Source: Planctomycetota bacterium
GTDB lineage: Bacteria > Planctomycetota > UBA8108 > SXIK01
Assembly: GCA_965223845.1 (NCBI GenBank)
Contig: CBDCXR010000004.1
Span: 2,688,001 to 2,752,000, forward strand
DNA length: 64,000 nucleotides
Direction: 5' to 3'
Shown here in pieces: positions 1-10,218 of this stretch (within the stretch, counting starts at the first letter, position 1; the number at the start of each line of letters is the position of its first letter). The position numbers and the translations under genes were made by a program. The notes under the pieces are model-generated. The model did not search any database, was not told the origin of the DNA, and worked only from the letters and a program-made list of their open reading frames with translations.

Positions 1-2418
1 GATGTTGTTCTCCCAGGTGGTGAGCGGGAATCGTCCGCTCGGGGCGGGCAGAAGGGCTTCCTCCGCGATGTCGAGGCGCACGTCGGTCGTGAGCTTGTGG
101 AGCCGATCGAGGACGTTCTCCGGCGACAGAGCCGTATCGAGGAGCTCGTCGAGCCGCGCGAGGAGATAGCGCTGGTAGCTCTCGTTTCGAACGAGTCGCG
201 AAAGGATCAAGCCGAGCGGGACGTCCGAGCGGCCGAGCGCGTGCGTAAACGTGTTCGACGTATAGCCCCCGGGAATCCGTCCGACGCCGAACTCAGCGTC
301 CCACGACATGAAGATCCACTTGCCGTCGGGCGTACTCGCGCGCCCGGCGTACCAATTGTTGTGCGGCCAGTCGTGGTTCTGTGCCCAGATGTTGAGGAGC
401 ATGTAGTCGGTGTAGTTGGCGATATCGACGATCTCCCCTGCGCGAGCGAACACGTCCGGGTCGCGCATGTCGGCCGTGTTGAAGAACGCCTTCATCTCCG
501 ACCACGATCGATTCGGGCGCGGCCCGTCGAGAATGTCCTCGCCGGTCTTGATCACTTCCCATTCGTTGTCGAGCTCGGGGAAGTGGTCCTCGAAGAACAC
601 GTGGTCCATCCGCTCGACCACGTTGTAGAGCCCGCGGTACTGACCGTTCACGAAGAGGTTGTACCAGGCCCCCTGACTGTTCGGGTGCCCCATGTCGCCG
701 TGAACATCGCGGATCAGCTCGTCGCGGATGAGCGAAGCCTGCTGCCCGGTGCGGAAACCGTCATTGAAATTCGAGCGGAGGACGAGCTTGTCGAACTCCT
801 CGAGCCCGGAGTCCGGAATGAGCGGATAGTTCAGCTTTCCGACACCGTAGATGCGCCGGAAGTACATTTTGTAGGCCTTCTTGATATTGATGTCGCCCCC
901 GCGCCCGGCACCGCCGTGGAGGCGAAGCCCCATGCCGGTTCCGATCTGTCGCCGGCCCGCGCGGTCGAAGATCTCGACGTGCCCCGGTCGCTCGGACGGG
1001 CGACCGCGGCCGCCACTGTTATTGTGGACGTTGCTGAAGTCGCCCGGCTGCATCGCGATCGACATGATGGGATGATCGAATCGGGTCGCGCGGAGAAAGT
1101 AGCTGTGCGTCGCAACGCGACTCACCGCCGCGCCTTCGTGAAACGCCTGGGCGCGAATGACGCGCGACGACGTCAGGCGAACCGGCTCCTCGTAGCGCTG
1201 CGAGGTTGCGCGCGGACGCGACCCGTCCGTCGTGAACCGGATCTCCGCGGCAAACGGAAAGCCCGCGTCGATCTCGATTATCACTTCGCGCTCATCGAAC
1301 TTCCCACCCGGCGGCGAAAACTGCGGCTCCTGCGGAATCGGCGTATCCGACCAGACCGTCTCGTTCGGTGCGAGCGGGGTCGGCTCGAGGAGGTAGTAGA
1401 ACTGTCCGTCGCCCCCGACCGGTCGTCCGTAGGACCGATCTTGAACCTGCTCGTCCATGGCGACGACGTCGACGGTCTCCTCGTTAGGATTCGTCAGGAT
1501 GACCGTCTCGCCCGCGCGGGCGATTTCGAAGTTCGTGTGGAGCGACGGGGGTGCGGTCCCGATCGTCGGTCGGAGCGAAAGATCGCCGCTGCTCGTCCGC
1601 GCGTTGAAGAGGGCGAACGCGATCAGATTCGTCCCCGGACGAAAGTGCTCGCGCGCCGGGGCGAAATCGAACCGCCAGGGATCGCGAGCCTCACGCGACC
1701 GCCTCGCCAAGGTACCGAAGTGCGGCTCCTCCTCGTCGATTTCGACGTTCGCGACGACGACGAGCTGGCCGTTGACGTAGCAGAGAAAACCGTCGTCGAC
1801 GAAGGTCTCGAGAAAGAGCGGCGGCAGCGCAGCCGGGTCTTCGATCTCGACGCGCGTCCGGAGGAGGACTGCGCCGATGTCCTCCGGGAGAACGGTGCGG
1901 TCATCATCGTCGCCGAAGCCGAACCCCGGCTTCCCCACGTCCCACGCGGCGTCGTCGAAGTCGAGCTCGGTCCAGCCGGCGGGAAACGCGAGATCAGCCG
2001 CCTCGACGTCGCCGTAGATATAGTGGTAGTCGGCCTCCTCCGTGAGGATCGTCGGCTCGAGCTGGACCGGCGAATCGTCGGCCGTAATCGACTCCACCGA
2101 CGGAACGAAGGAGTCCTTTCCCGAACACCACACGAGGATGCGCTCGCCCGGATCGATCGTCACCGCCGGGAACACCCACCTCCGCGGATCGCTCGAATCG
2201 TCGCTGATCGCGTACCCCTCGAGATTCACCGCCTCGGCCCCGAGATTCTCGAGCTCGACCCAATCGGAGCTGTCGCCGTCCTCGTCGAAGTTGATCGCGC
2301 GATTCGAAGCGAGGACTTCGCTGATCGCCACCTGAGCGTGAAGCGCGCCGGGCGACGCGAGAAACGCGGCGATCGACAACGCGGCCAACGGAAAGCGAAC
2401 GCAACTATCGACTCTCAC
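1..2418 (-). CDS. Secreted CotH kinase family protein with N-terminal lamin-tail domain and chitobiase/Fn3-like linker (3' end runs off the window)
   Basis: Not in the ORF track (no stop inside the window); translated by hand from GTG at 2418 after GGGAGG. It reads MRVDSCVRFPLAALSIAAFLASPGALHAQ (signal peptide), VAISEVLASN..DEDGDSSDWVELEN (LTD), FSPPGG..IRFTTDGSRP (CHB_HEX_C-like), and NGQYRGLYNVVERMD / NHDWPHNNW / WIFMSWDAEFG (CotH motifs). Confidence 0.85.
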   Translation of the reverse strand, partial: MRVDSCVRFPLAALSIAAFLASPGALHAQVAISEVLASNRAINFDEDGDSSDWVELENLGAEAVNLEGYAISDDSSDPRRWVFPAVTIDPGERILVWCSGKDSFVPSVESITADDSPVQLEPTILTEEADYHYIYGDVEAADLAFPAGWTELDFDDAAWDVGKPGFGFGDDDDRTVLPEDIGAVLLRTRVEIEDPAALPPLFLETFVDDGFLCYVNGQLVVVANVEIDEEEPHFGTLARRSREARDPWRFDFAPAREHFRPGTNLIAFALFNARTSSGDLSLRPTIGTAPPSLHTNFEIARAGETVILTNPNEETVDVVAMDEQVQDRSYGRPVGGDGQFYYLLEPTPLAPNETVWSDTPIPQEPQFSPPGGKFDEREVIIEIDAGFPFAAEIRFTTDGSRPRATSQRYEEPVRLTSSRVIRAQAFHEGAAVSRVATHSYFLRATRFDHPIMSIAMQPGDFSNVHNNSGGRGRPSERPGHVEIFDRAGRRQIGTGMGLRLHGGAGRGGDINIKKAYKMYFRRIYGVGKLNYPLIPDSGLEEFDKLVLRSNFNDGFRTGQQASLIRDELIRDVHGDMGHPNSQGAWYNLFVNGQYRGLYNVVERMDHVFFEDHFPELDNEWEVIKTGEDILDGPRPNRSWSEMKAFFNTADMRDPDVFARAGEIVDIANYTDYMLLNIWAQNHDWPHNNWYAGRASTPDGKWIFMSWDAEFGVGRIPGGYTSNTFTHALGRSDVPLGLILSRLVRNESYQRYLLARLDELLDTALSPENVLDRLHKLTTDVRLDIAEEALLPAPSGRFPLTTWENNI

Positions 2419-2788
2419 GGTTTCCCTCCCGCGTCGGCCCGCTCGACCGACCTGGGGTCGGCACGGCCGCGAACCTCGAACAACACCCGGACGAACTCTC
2501 GAACTCTTCGACAACCCACGCCGCGACGGAGCGCTCGTCGGCGCGCGGGCTTACGGTCACGTCCGTTCCCGACCGCGTACGGCACCACGGCGCCGAACCG
2601 GTCCCTTCGTGTTCAGTTTCGGCGCGCGATCGGGCGTCACATCCTCTCGACTAGCCTCCGGGCTCTCGCGTGCCGCCGCAAGGAAAAAGCCCTCCGGTCG
2701 CTCGCTTCCCTCGGCCGCCGAACTCTTGGTACCATGGCCGCTTACCGATAGTAGCGGCAGCCGCAGCTCGAGCCAACGAGAGCGATTT

Positions 2789-3916
2789 ATGGTGGATCAA
2801 GCTCCTGGACTTACCCGCGTCCGCTCGGACTACCTCGGCGCGGGCACGTTCGCCGTCCTCCCGGACGACGGCGCCCTCGTCGTGAACACGACTTACGGGG
2901 TCCAGGCCGTCGGGCTCGACGGCAAGGTGTCCTGGCAGGCCGACCTCGGCGAGCGCTGCCTCGGGGTGACGCTGACCGATGACGATGACGTCGTGGCGAA
3001 CACGGTCCACGCGCAGCACAAACTCGCTCCGAACGGGGAGATTTTGAGCGTGAACAAGACGCGTCACGAGGTCGGCCATCCCCCGATCGCGTGGGGCCGA
3101 GCGACGCTTCTCGTCACGCTGTCGCGCATCTACGCGATGGAGCCCGATGGCAGCGTGCGGTGGAAGTTTCGGTTCCGCGAGGCACTAGGGGAGAGTGTCC
3201 GAGCCGTCCTCGTGCTCAGCGTGCTCCCGATCGGCGATGCCGTCGTCGTCGGAGTTGTCGACTACAACAGCGGCGTCGGCCAGGTGATCATCTTCGAGGA
3301 AGACGGTCGCATCCGCTGGCAGAGCGAGCTCGGCCCGCTCGCGAGTCTCTTTCCGATCGGGGACGATCGGTTTCTCTACACGCTCTCGGGCTACGGTCGC
3401 TTCGAGTCGTTCTGCCGCGACCTCCGCGGCGAGGAAGCGTTCCGCCTTCCAGTCGGCGGGCCCGGCGTCGAGCTCGAGGACGGACGACTCGCGATGGTCG
3501 TGGGCACGAACGAGTCGCCCGCGTGGGATCACTGGGAGCTGCGTCTCTTCGATCCGGCCGGCGACGAGCTCGACTCCCGCCCGGCACGCGGACGCGTGTG
3601 CTCTCCGCCCGTCCAGGGTCCGGATGGCCACCTCTACTTCTCGTCTTTCTTTCAGCCGCTCGACCCGGCCGAGAGTCGCATCGACTACACGAGCTATCAG
3701 CCGCAGCCCCCGTTTCTCGCGTTCGACTATCTGATGCGCGTGAAAGCAGCTTCCCATCAGTACAACGTCTCGTACTTCCGCGCGCCGATCGAAGGAGAGA
3801 TCGAAACGATCTTTTCCGATGTGGACTCCGTCGCGTTCGGGCCCCCGACGGCCGGTGACCGCCACGTGTTTCTCGTCCACAACAAAGACATCCTAGTGAT
3901 TTCGTGCGACGAATGA
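2789..3916 (+). CDS. PQQ-like beta-propeller repeat protein
   Basis: Repeated A(V/L)xxDGxVxW units (AVGLDGKVSWQ, AMEPDGSVRWK, FEEDGRIRWQ). ATG at 2789 chosen as start; no obvious signal peptide. Confidence 0.6.
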   Translation: MVDQAPGLTRVRSDYLGAGTFAVLPDDGALVVNTTYGVQAVGLDGKVSWQADLGERCLGVTLTDDDDVVANTVHAQHKLAPNGEILSVNKTRHEVGHPPIAWGRATLLVTLSRIYAMEPDGSVRWKFRFREALGESVRAVLVLSVLPIGDAVVVGVVDYNSGVGQVIIFEEDGRIRWQSELGPLASLFPIGDDRFLYTLSGYGRFESFCRDLRGEEAFRLPVGGPGVELEDGRLAMVVGTNESPAWDHWELRLFDPAGDELDSRPARGRVCSPPVQGPDGHLYFSSFFQPLDPAESRIDYTSYQPQPPFLAFDYLMRVKAASHQYNVSYFRAPIEGEIETIFSDVDSVAFGPPTAGDRHVFLVHNKDILVISCDE

Positions 3917-3968
3917 GCGCTGCGCCCACGGCGCAAATGCACCACCCGCTCGAAGTCGAGAGCCCATC

Positions 3969-5234
3969 ATGAATCTGTTTCGTCTTCTCATCGACGAGCT
4001 CGTCTACCGAAAGACCGGTTTTCTCCTCGGAATCATCGCCGTCGGCGCCGCCGGGGCGCTTCTCGTGGGCGGTCCGACGATCATCGATGCGTACCGGCGC
4101 TCGAGCGAGTCGCAGCTCGCCGCGCTCGAAGCGAAAAACAAGGCCGAGCTCGACCGCCTCGCCGACGAGACGCGAAAGCTGATGCGCGACATGGGATTCA
4201 ATCTCATGATCGTTCATAGCGAAACGAACATGGCCGACTTTTGGGCGGATGATTTCGCGAAGGCCGACATGCCGGAGGAGTACGTCCAGCGGCTCGCGAA
4301 CGCGACGAATATCACGCTCGCGACGCATCTCGTCGCCACGCTCCAGCAGAAGATCGAGTGGAACGGGCGCAAGGTCCTCCTCGTCGGCTATCTCCCCGAG
4401 ACCGCTCAAGCTCACCGCGCGAAGAAGAAGCCGATGGGCTACGTCGTCGAGCCGGGGACGGTCTACCTCGGTCACGAGCTCGCGCGCGGGCGCGCAGTCG
4501 GCGAGACCACCGAGGTGTTGGGACGGAGCTTTCGCATCGCTCGCATCCTGCGCGAGCAGGGAAGCAAGGAAGACATCACGATCGCGATGGCGCTCAAGGA
4601 CGCTCAGGCGATTACCGAGAAGCCGGGACGCGTCAATCAGATCCTCGCGCTCGGCTGCCGCTGCGCGGGCGAGCGTCTGCCGAAAGTCCGCGCGCAGCTC
4701 GCCGAGGTTCTCCCCGACACGCAGATCACCGAGTTCCGCTCGATCGCTCTCGCTCGCGCTGAACAGCGCGATTTGGTCGAGGAGCAGAGTCGAGTTCTCG
4801 AGGCGGACCTCGCGGACAACCGGGCGAAGGGACAGCAGAAGCTCGAGCGTTTGGCGGCGGTGACGACGCCCCTCGCCGTTCTCGTCGCGGCGATCTTCGT
4901 CGGACTCCTCGCGCTCGGAAACGCGCGCGAGCGTCGGAGCGAGGTGGGGATCCTGCGCGCGCTCGGGGTGAGCTCGCGACGCATCGGCTCGCTCTTCCTC
5001 GCGAAGGCCGCGCTTCAAGGGGGCGTCGGCGGCCTCGTCGGCTTCGTCGTCGGAGACGCGCTCGCCCGGACAACCGGCGGCCTGTTCGAGATCGCGCCCG
5101 AGCAATTCGCAACGGCAACGGACGTCGCCATCGGAACGGTGGTCGGAGCGCCGATCGTCACGATGCTGGCGAGCTACATCCCCATTCTCATCGCGTCGGC
5201 GGAGGACCCCGCGAAGATTCTTCGCGAGGCGTAG
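3969..5234 (+). CDS. ABC transporter permease, FtsX/MacB family
   Basis: N-terminal TM, large extracytoplasmic region, ERRSEVGILRALG motif followed by further TM helices, C-terminal DPAKILREA. Confidence 0.85.
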   Translation: MNLFRLLIDELVYRKTGFLLGIIAVGAAGALLVGGPTIIDAYRRSSESQLAALEAKNKAELDRLADETRKLMRDMGFNLMIVHSETNMADFWADDFAKADMPEEYVQRLANATNITLATHLVATLQQKIEWNGRKVLLVGYLPETAQAHRAKKKPMGYVVEPGTVYLGHELARGRAVGETTEVLGRSFRIARILREQGSKEDITIAMALKDAQAITEKPGRVNQILALGCRCAGERLPKVRAQLAEVLPDTQITEFRSIALARAEQRDLVEEQSRVLEADLADNRAKGQQKLERLAAVTTPLAVLVAAIFVGLLALGNARERRSEVGILRALGVSSRRIGSLFLAKAALQGGVGGLVGFVVGDALARTTGGLFEIAPEQFATATDVAIGTVVGAPIVTMLASYIPILIASAEDPAKILREA

Positions 5235-5375
5235 CCTGAACTCCCGCAACTCGCCCGGAGTCGCGACACCTCGTCGCAAGGTGGGAGCGTGAGACGAAGG
5301 GGTGTGCTGCGTTGACGACCGTGAGCCGAAACCGTGGACCGTAACCGTCGATCGCAGCTCGTGGAAGATCCAGAG

Positions 5376-6629
5376 ATGAATCGATGCCCTCCACGCCCCC
5401 GCACGCGAAGGACCGACTCCGTCGGCGCCTCGTCCGCCGGTCGCCTCCGCACTCGTTCTGCGCTCGCCCTGTTCGGACTCTCCGCGCTCGCAGTGCCGCT
5501 GTGCGCGTGCCCCTACTCGATCCGCGACGCCGCATTCCTCGTCCGTGACGGGTCGACTCCGTTTGCGCTCTATCTTTCCGCGGACGCTGAGCCGAACCTC
5601 GACCCGTGGATCGCCGCGGCCGCGGCGCGTCATTTCGCGGGCTCGTCCATGGTCGCTCGATCATTCGTCCTCGGCGCGGACGACGAGCGCGACCTGCCGC
5701 CGGAAGCCATGCGGGCCTTCGCCGTCCGACCTGCCCCGCCGGCCGTGTTCGTCGCCCCGAACGGCGGGGCGCTTGCGCTCGGAATCGCGTCGGATCGGCC
5801 GTGGCGCAAGGAGACCGTCAACGAGCTCATCGGGGCCGCCGCTTCGTCTCCCCTCCGTACGGCGCTCCGAGCGTCGCTCGCCGAGGCGTGGTGCGCCGGG
5901 GTGTTGGTTCCCGGCACCGACTCCGCCGCGAACTCCCGGGCGCGGGCCGCATTCGAGAGGGCGGCGAAGGAATTCGTCGGGCACGAAACCGAGCTCGGGA
6001 AGACCGTCAAGGCGCCTCCGGTCCTCTTCGAGACGACACCCGAGGAGGACGTCGTCCGGTGGAGCCAGGGGCTCGGCGGCGAGCGGACCGAGCCTCGACT
6101 CGTCCTCATCGTCGGTCGCGGGGAGCGCCGAGGATCGATTCTCGAGGGCGAGGAGATCACCCCGCCTAGGCTCACCGAGTGGTTTACCATGCTCGGCCGG
6201 AGCTGCTCGTGTACGACGGATCCTAAGTGGATGACGGGGCCGGCGATCCCCATCGTCTGGGGACCGGCGGAGGAAGCGGCGGTGCGAGCGGAGCTCGGCT
6301 TCGATCCGGCGGACCCCGACGTGCTCCGTGCCGTCAGGATCGCTCACTCCGAACCTACGACGAGCGCTCCGCCGGGTCTCGGCTACGAGGAGTTCGATCT
6401 CGAGCGGTTCGCTGAAACGCACGGAGAATCGCTGAAGGCCTCGAACACGTCAGCAGAGCGGTCGCTCGACGCAAACGAAGATCCCGAGCGAGCAGCGACG
6501 GTCACCCCCGCGCAGCGGCGCGCCACGGCTCCAAACGCGCGGTTCGGACATCGCGTCGTCCTCGCTCTCGCCCTCGCGGCGAGCATCGTTCTCGCGGCGG
6601 TCACCGCTCTCGTTCTCGGCCGGCGCTAG
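5376..6629 (+). CDS. Hypothetical exported protein with CxC motifs and a C-terminal membrane anchor
   Basis: Hydrophobic N-region ending CACPYSIRD, internal RSCSCT, C-terminal TM VVLALALAASIVLAAVTALVLGRR. Start uncertain (5334 or 5376). Confidence 0.6.
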   Translation: MNRCPPRPRTRRTDSVGASSAGRLRTRSALALFGLSALAVPLCACPYSIRDAAFLVRDGSTPFALYLSADAEPNLDPWIAAAAARHFAGSSMVARSFVLGADDERDLPPEAMRAFAVRPAPPAVFVAPNGGALALGIASDRPWRKETVNELIGAAASSPLRTALRASLAEAWCAGVLVPGTDSAANSRARAAFERAAKEFVGHETELGKTVKAPPVLFETTPEEDVVRWSQGLGGERTEPRLVLIVGRGERRGSILEGEEITPPRLTEWFTMLGRSCSCTTDPKWMTGPAIPIVWGPAEEAAVRAELGFDPADPDVLRAVRIAHSEPTTSAPPGLGYEEFDLERFAETHGESLKASNTSAERSLDANEDPERAATVTPAQRRATAPNARFGHRVVLALALAASIVLAAVTALVLGRR

Positions 6630-6776
6630 GTGCTAAGTTCGGTGACCCGGGCGCGATTCCGGGAATTCCCGATCCCGCCCGCTCGCGTCAAGCCGTAGAG
6701 TGGTGCGGTCGAATCGAAGGATCTCGTCGCCCCGAAGACGAGAACTGTCCGCTCCGTTCTCTCCGCGAGTGCCACG

Positions 6777-7094
6777 ATGCGAAATCTTCTCCTCCTCGTC
6801 GCCGTCTCGGCGACGCTCCTCTCCTGTGCGACCTCGACGCGAGAGTTCGTCGACGAGGCGGTCGGTTACTCTGTGACGCGCGGTGATCTCGTGTACGTGC
6901 GTGGCCTCGCCTTCGAGTCGCGGAATCGTCTCGCGGACGGCACCGCCGTCACGATCTCGACCTCCGATTGCGAGATCAGCCTGCGCCTCGGAGAACGCAA
7001 CGAGGTCATCTCCGCGAAGCCGAACAGCGTCCTCGTCTTCGGTCCCGATGACGACTACCTCCTTCAGCCGTACGCGGCGCGCGAAGCGCCTTAG
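6777..7094 (+). CDS. Small putative lipoprotein
   Basis: MRNLLLLVAVSATLLSC lipobox; normal amino-acid composition. Confidence 0.6.
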   Translation: MRNLLLLVAVSATLLSCATSTREFVDEAVGYSVTRGDLVYVRGLAFESRNRLADGTAVTISTSDCEISLRLGERNEVISAKPNSVLVFGPDDDYLLQPYAAREAP

Positions 7095-7132
7095 TCGGCG
7101 GAGAGTCGCGGTCGCGGCTGGGGCGTCTCGTT

Positions 7133-8086
7133 TCAGCGCCGTACGGCTCGCACGATGGTCCGGAGGAGATCGGGGACCGCCACGTCATCCTCGGGAAGCG
7201 CGAGCTCGAGCTCGATCGGCTCGAGTTCGGTGTGCGACCCATTGTTGAGGTCGAGGATGTTGCTCCGGAACGGGCCGCGGTAGACCTTGAGCCCGCTCAC
7301 GTCGAGAGTGAGCGCGTCGAGGTCCTTCAACTGTTTTCGCTCGAACGAGAGATGCAGATGGGCGGTCTTCTCGGCGAACACGAGCGCGGAGAACGGCCGT
7401 CCGATGATCGGCTTCCTCTCGCGGCGGCCCGCGTAGTAGAACCGCGCGATCCGTAGCTTGCCGGCGCGAAACCCAGCGGGAGTGATCGGCGTCTTGAGCC
7501 GGAGCTGACGCGAGCCCCCCCGCAGTTCGACGAGACCGTCGGGAAGACGCTTCTTCTCGAGCGTAAAGAGAGTCGTGCGCGGCCCCGATCGCCGCGCCGT
7601 GTTGTCGAGTCGAAGGTAGACTCCGGCGTTTCGACGGTCGAACTTTGCGCGGCGGAAGCGCGCGCGAGTCCGCGAGATCGCACGATCGTGGGAAGCTCCG
7701 TCGAGACGCTGATCGAGGTACACTCGCGCGATCGCGTACGACTCCGGGTCATCGAGGTAAACCGCGCGAGCGCGGAGCGAATTCGCCGTGGCCTCCGCGG
7801 CGCCCTTCTCGATTCGCTTCAAGTACTCGGCGATCGGTGCGGCGTCGCGCGGCGGAGCGAGGTTCTCGGGCGTCCGTGGCGCAGGCGGGCTCTTTCCGCG
7901 CGGCGGAGACTTGCCGGGTTCGGGGAGCGGCGGAAGATCCTTCCCGCACGGCTCGTCGTCGTCTGCGTCCGGCTCGGGAAGAGGAGGAAGATCCTGTCCG
8001 TGGAGTCGCTCACCGAGGACGCCGAGTGCGGAGACACAGGCGATCGCGAGCAAGACGAAGCTTCGGGGCGCGTACGCGCGGATCAT
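7133..8086 (-). CDS. Hypothetical exported protein with a Pro-rich N-terminal linker
   Basis: AGGAGG upstream, signal peptide, duplicated DLPPLPEP, then a globular region. Lies directly downstream of the opp operon on the same strand. Confidence 0.6.
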   Translation of the reverse strand: MIRAYAPRSFVLLAIACVSALGVLGERLHGQDLPPLPEPDADDDEPCGKDLPPLPEPGKSPPRGKSPPAPRTPENLAPPRDAAPIAEYLKRIEKGAAEATANSLRARAVYLDDPESYAIARVYLDQRLDGASHDRAISRTRARFRRAKFDRRNAGVYLRLDNTARRSGPRTTLFTLEKKRLPDGLVELRGGSRQLRLKTPITPAGFRAGKLRIARFYYAGRRERKPIIGRPFSALVFAEKTAHLHLSFERKQLKDLDALTLDVSGLKVYRGPFRSNILDLNNGSHTELEPIELELALPEDDVAVPDLLRTIVRAVRR

Positions 8087-8191
8087 CGCTCCTCCTTTCG
8101 TGGGTCACCGGAGATCCATCGAACCGCGCTCCGGCCCCACCGGCAAGCGGGAACTGACCGATGACTCCGCGTTCGGTTTGCTCGCACCTGC

Positions 8192-9190
8192 TCACGCCTT
8201 CGCCGATCCCGTTGCCGCCGCGGGCGGCTCGGAAACCGCCCAACAGGCGACCCGATGGCCGTCGCCGTGCTCGACCAGCGACGGACGATCGCGACGGCAG
8301 CGATCCTCGACGAGCGGGCACCGCGCGGCGAACGCGCATCCCGGCGGAGGATCGTAGGGGCTCGGAACATCCCCCTCGAGGACTTCCAGCTCGCGCCGGT
8401 CGTCCGGATCGTTCGGTGGATTCGCGGCGAGCAGCGCGCGGGTATAGGGATGCACGGCCCGTGCGTGAAGCTCCGAGCACGCGAGCGATTCGACGATGCG
8501 ACCGAGATACATCACGACGACCCGGTCGCAGAAGTGTTCGACCACCTTGAGGTCGTGCGAGATGAAGAGAATCGTTAGACCGAGCGCTTCGCGGAGGTCC
8601 GCGAGCAGATTGAGGACCTGCGCCTGGATCGAAACGTCGAGTGCAGAGACCGGTTCGTCCGCAACGAGAAACTCCGGTCGCACCGCGAGCGCTCGCGCGA
8701 TCCCGATGCGCTGCCTTTGCCCCCCAGAGAACTCGTGAGGGTACCGCGGGCGCGCGTCCGGCGACAGACCGACGCTCGCGACGAGCTCCGAGATCCACGC
8801 CTCGCGTTCGGGCGCCGGGACTACGCGGTGGAAATCGACGACCTCGCGGAGCATTCCCTCGACGGTGCGCTTCGGATTGAGTGATGCGTACGGATCCTGG
8901 AACACCATCTGGATCCGGCGGCGGAACGGGAGAAGTGCGGCTCGGCTCTTTCCCGTGATCTCTGTGCCGTCGAACTCAACCGAACCCGACGTCGCGGGGA
9001 TGAGTTGAGTGATCGTCTTTCCGAGCGTCGACTTTCCGCAGCCGGATTCGCCGACGACTCCCAAAGTCTCGCCGCGCTCGACGCTGAACGAGACGCCGGA
9101 TACGGCGTGCACGCGCCGCAGCGTTCGCCCGAGGAGTCCGCCGCGAATTGGAAACGTCTTCACGAGATCGCGGACGCGAAGGAAGCTCAT
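8192..9190 (-). CDS. oppF: Oligopeptide/dipeptide ABC transporter ATP-binding subunit (OppF/DppF-like)
   Basis: Walker A GESGCGKS, FSGGQRQR signature, LVADEPVSALD, C-terminal GCAFAARC. ATG at 9190 overlaps the oppD stop. Confidence 0.92.
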   Translation of the reverse strand: MSFLRVRDLVKTFPIRGGLLGRTLRRVHAVSGVSFSVERGETLGVVGESGCGKSTLGKTITQLIPATSGSVEFDGTEITGKSRAALLPFRRRIQMVFQDPYASLNPKRTVEGMLREVVDFHRVVPAPEREAWISELVASVGLSPDARPRYPHEFSGGQRQRIGIARALAVRPEFLVADEPVSALDVSIQAQVLNLLADLREALGLTILFISHDLKVVEHFCDRVVVMYLGRIVESLACSELHARAVHPYTRALLAANPPNDPDDRRELEVLEGDVPSPYDPPPGCAFAARCPLVEDRCRRDRPSLVEHGDGHRVACWAVSEPPAAATGSAKA

Positions 9191-10218
9191 GATCGCGGTT
9201 CCGTTTCGGAACGAAGAGGAAAATGACAGCGCACGGCGCGGCCACCGCCCACCTCCTCGAGCGCCGGAGCCGCCTCGACGCACTGCGGTTCGCGCCGGGG
9301 ACAGCGGTCGTGGAAGCGACACCCCGGAGGAAGCGCAAAGAGCGGCGGTACGACCCCCTCGATGGTCGGGAGGCGCGCGCGGCCTCGCCCCTCGCCCGAT
9401 CGCGGGATCGATTCGAGCAGCGCCTTCGTGTAGGGGTGCTGCGGGCGGTGGAAGAGGTCCCGCACGGGAGCGGCTTCGATGATCCGCCCGGCGTACATGA
9501 CGAGGACACGATCGCACACCTGAGCGACGACTCCGAGATCGTGCGTGATGAGGACGATCGCCGTCTTGAGTCGCCGCTTGAGATCTTCCATCAGGTGCAG
9601 GATCTGCGCCTGAATCGTCACGTCGAGAGCCGTCGTCGGCTCGTCGGCGATGAGCACTTCCGGCTCACAGGAGAGTGCGATCGCGATCATCACCCGCTGG
9701 CGCATCCCGCCCGAGAGCTGGTGCGGGAACTCATCCACGCGGCGTTCGGGCCGCGGGATCTCGACGAGCCGCAGCATTTCGATCGCCCGCGCCCGCCGCT
9801 CGCGCCGGCCGAGATTCGTGTGGTAGCGGAGCGCCTCCTCGATCTGCCACCCGATCGTGAACACTGGATTGAGAGACGACATCGGCTCCTGAAAGATCAT
9901 CGCGATGCGCTTTCCGCGGACACCGCGGAGCTCGCGCTCGCCGACGCGCGTGAGATCCGTATCGCCGAGGAGAACTCGTGCGCTCGGGTCGATCGTAGAG
10001 ACGTGACGGGGAAGGAGGCGAAGGATCGATTTTCCGGTGACGGTCTTGCCGCATCCCGACTCGCCCACGATCCCGAGCGTCTCACCCGGGAACACGTCGA
10101 ACGACACGTCGTCGACGGCCGTCACGTCACCGCGATCCGTGCGGAAGGAGGTCGTGAGCCGGCGTACACTCAAGACCGGCTCGGACGACGTCGGAGCTGG
10201 AGTTTCGGCGGAGCTCAT
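9187..10218 (-). CDS. oppD: Oligopeptide/dipeptide ABC transporter ATP-binding subunit (OppD/DppD-like)
   Basis: GESGCGKT, LSGGMRQR, IADEPTTALD, HPYT and GCRFHDRC motifs. Confidence 0.93.
   Translation of the reverse strand: MSSAETPAPTSSEPVLSVRRLTTSFRTDRGDVTAVDDVSFDVFPGETLGIVGESGCGKTVTGKSILRLLPRHVSTIDPSARVLLGDTDLTRVGERELRGVRGKRIAMIFQEPMSSLNPVFTIGWQIEEALRYHTNLGRRERRARAIEMLRLVEIPRPERRVDEFPHQLSGGMRQRVMIAIALSCEPEVLIADEPTTALDVTIQAQILHLMEDLKRRLKTAIVLITHDLGVVAQVCDRVLVMYAGRIIEAAPVRDLFHRPQHPYTKALLESIPRSGEGRGRARLPTIEGVVPPLFALPPGCRFHDRCPRREPQCVEAAPALEEVGGGRAVRCHFPLRSETEPRS

Noticed and set aside
97-2751. 884-aa plus-strand ORF
   Set aside because: Antisense shadow of the CotH gene; Arg/Val-rich with no motifs, as expected from codon bias in high-GC DNA.
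3288-5633. 781-aa minus-strand ORF
   Set aside because: Shadow of the plus-strand propeller and permease genes.
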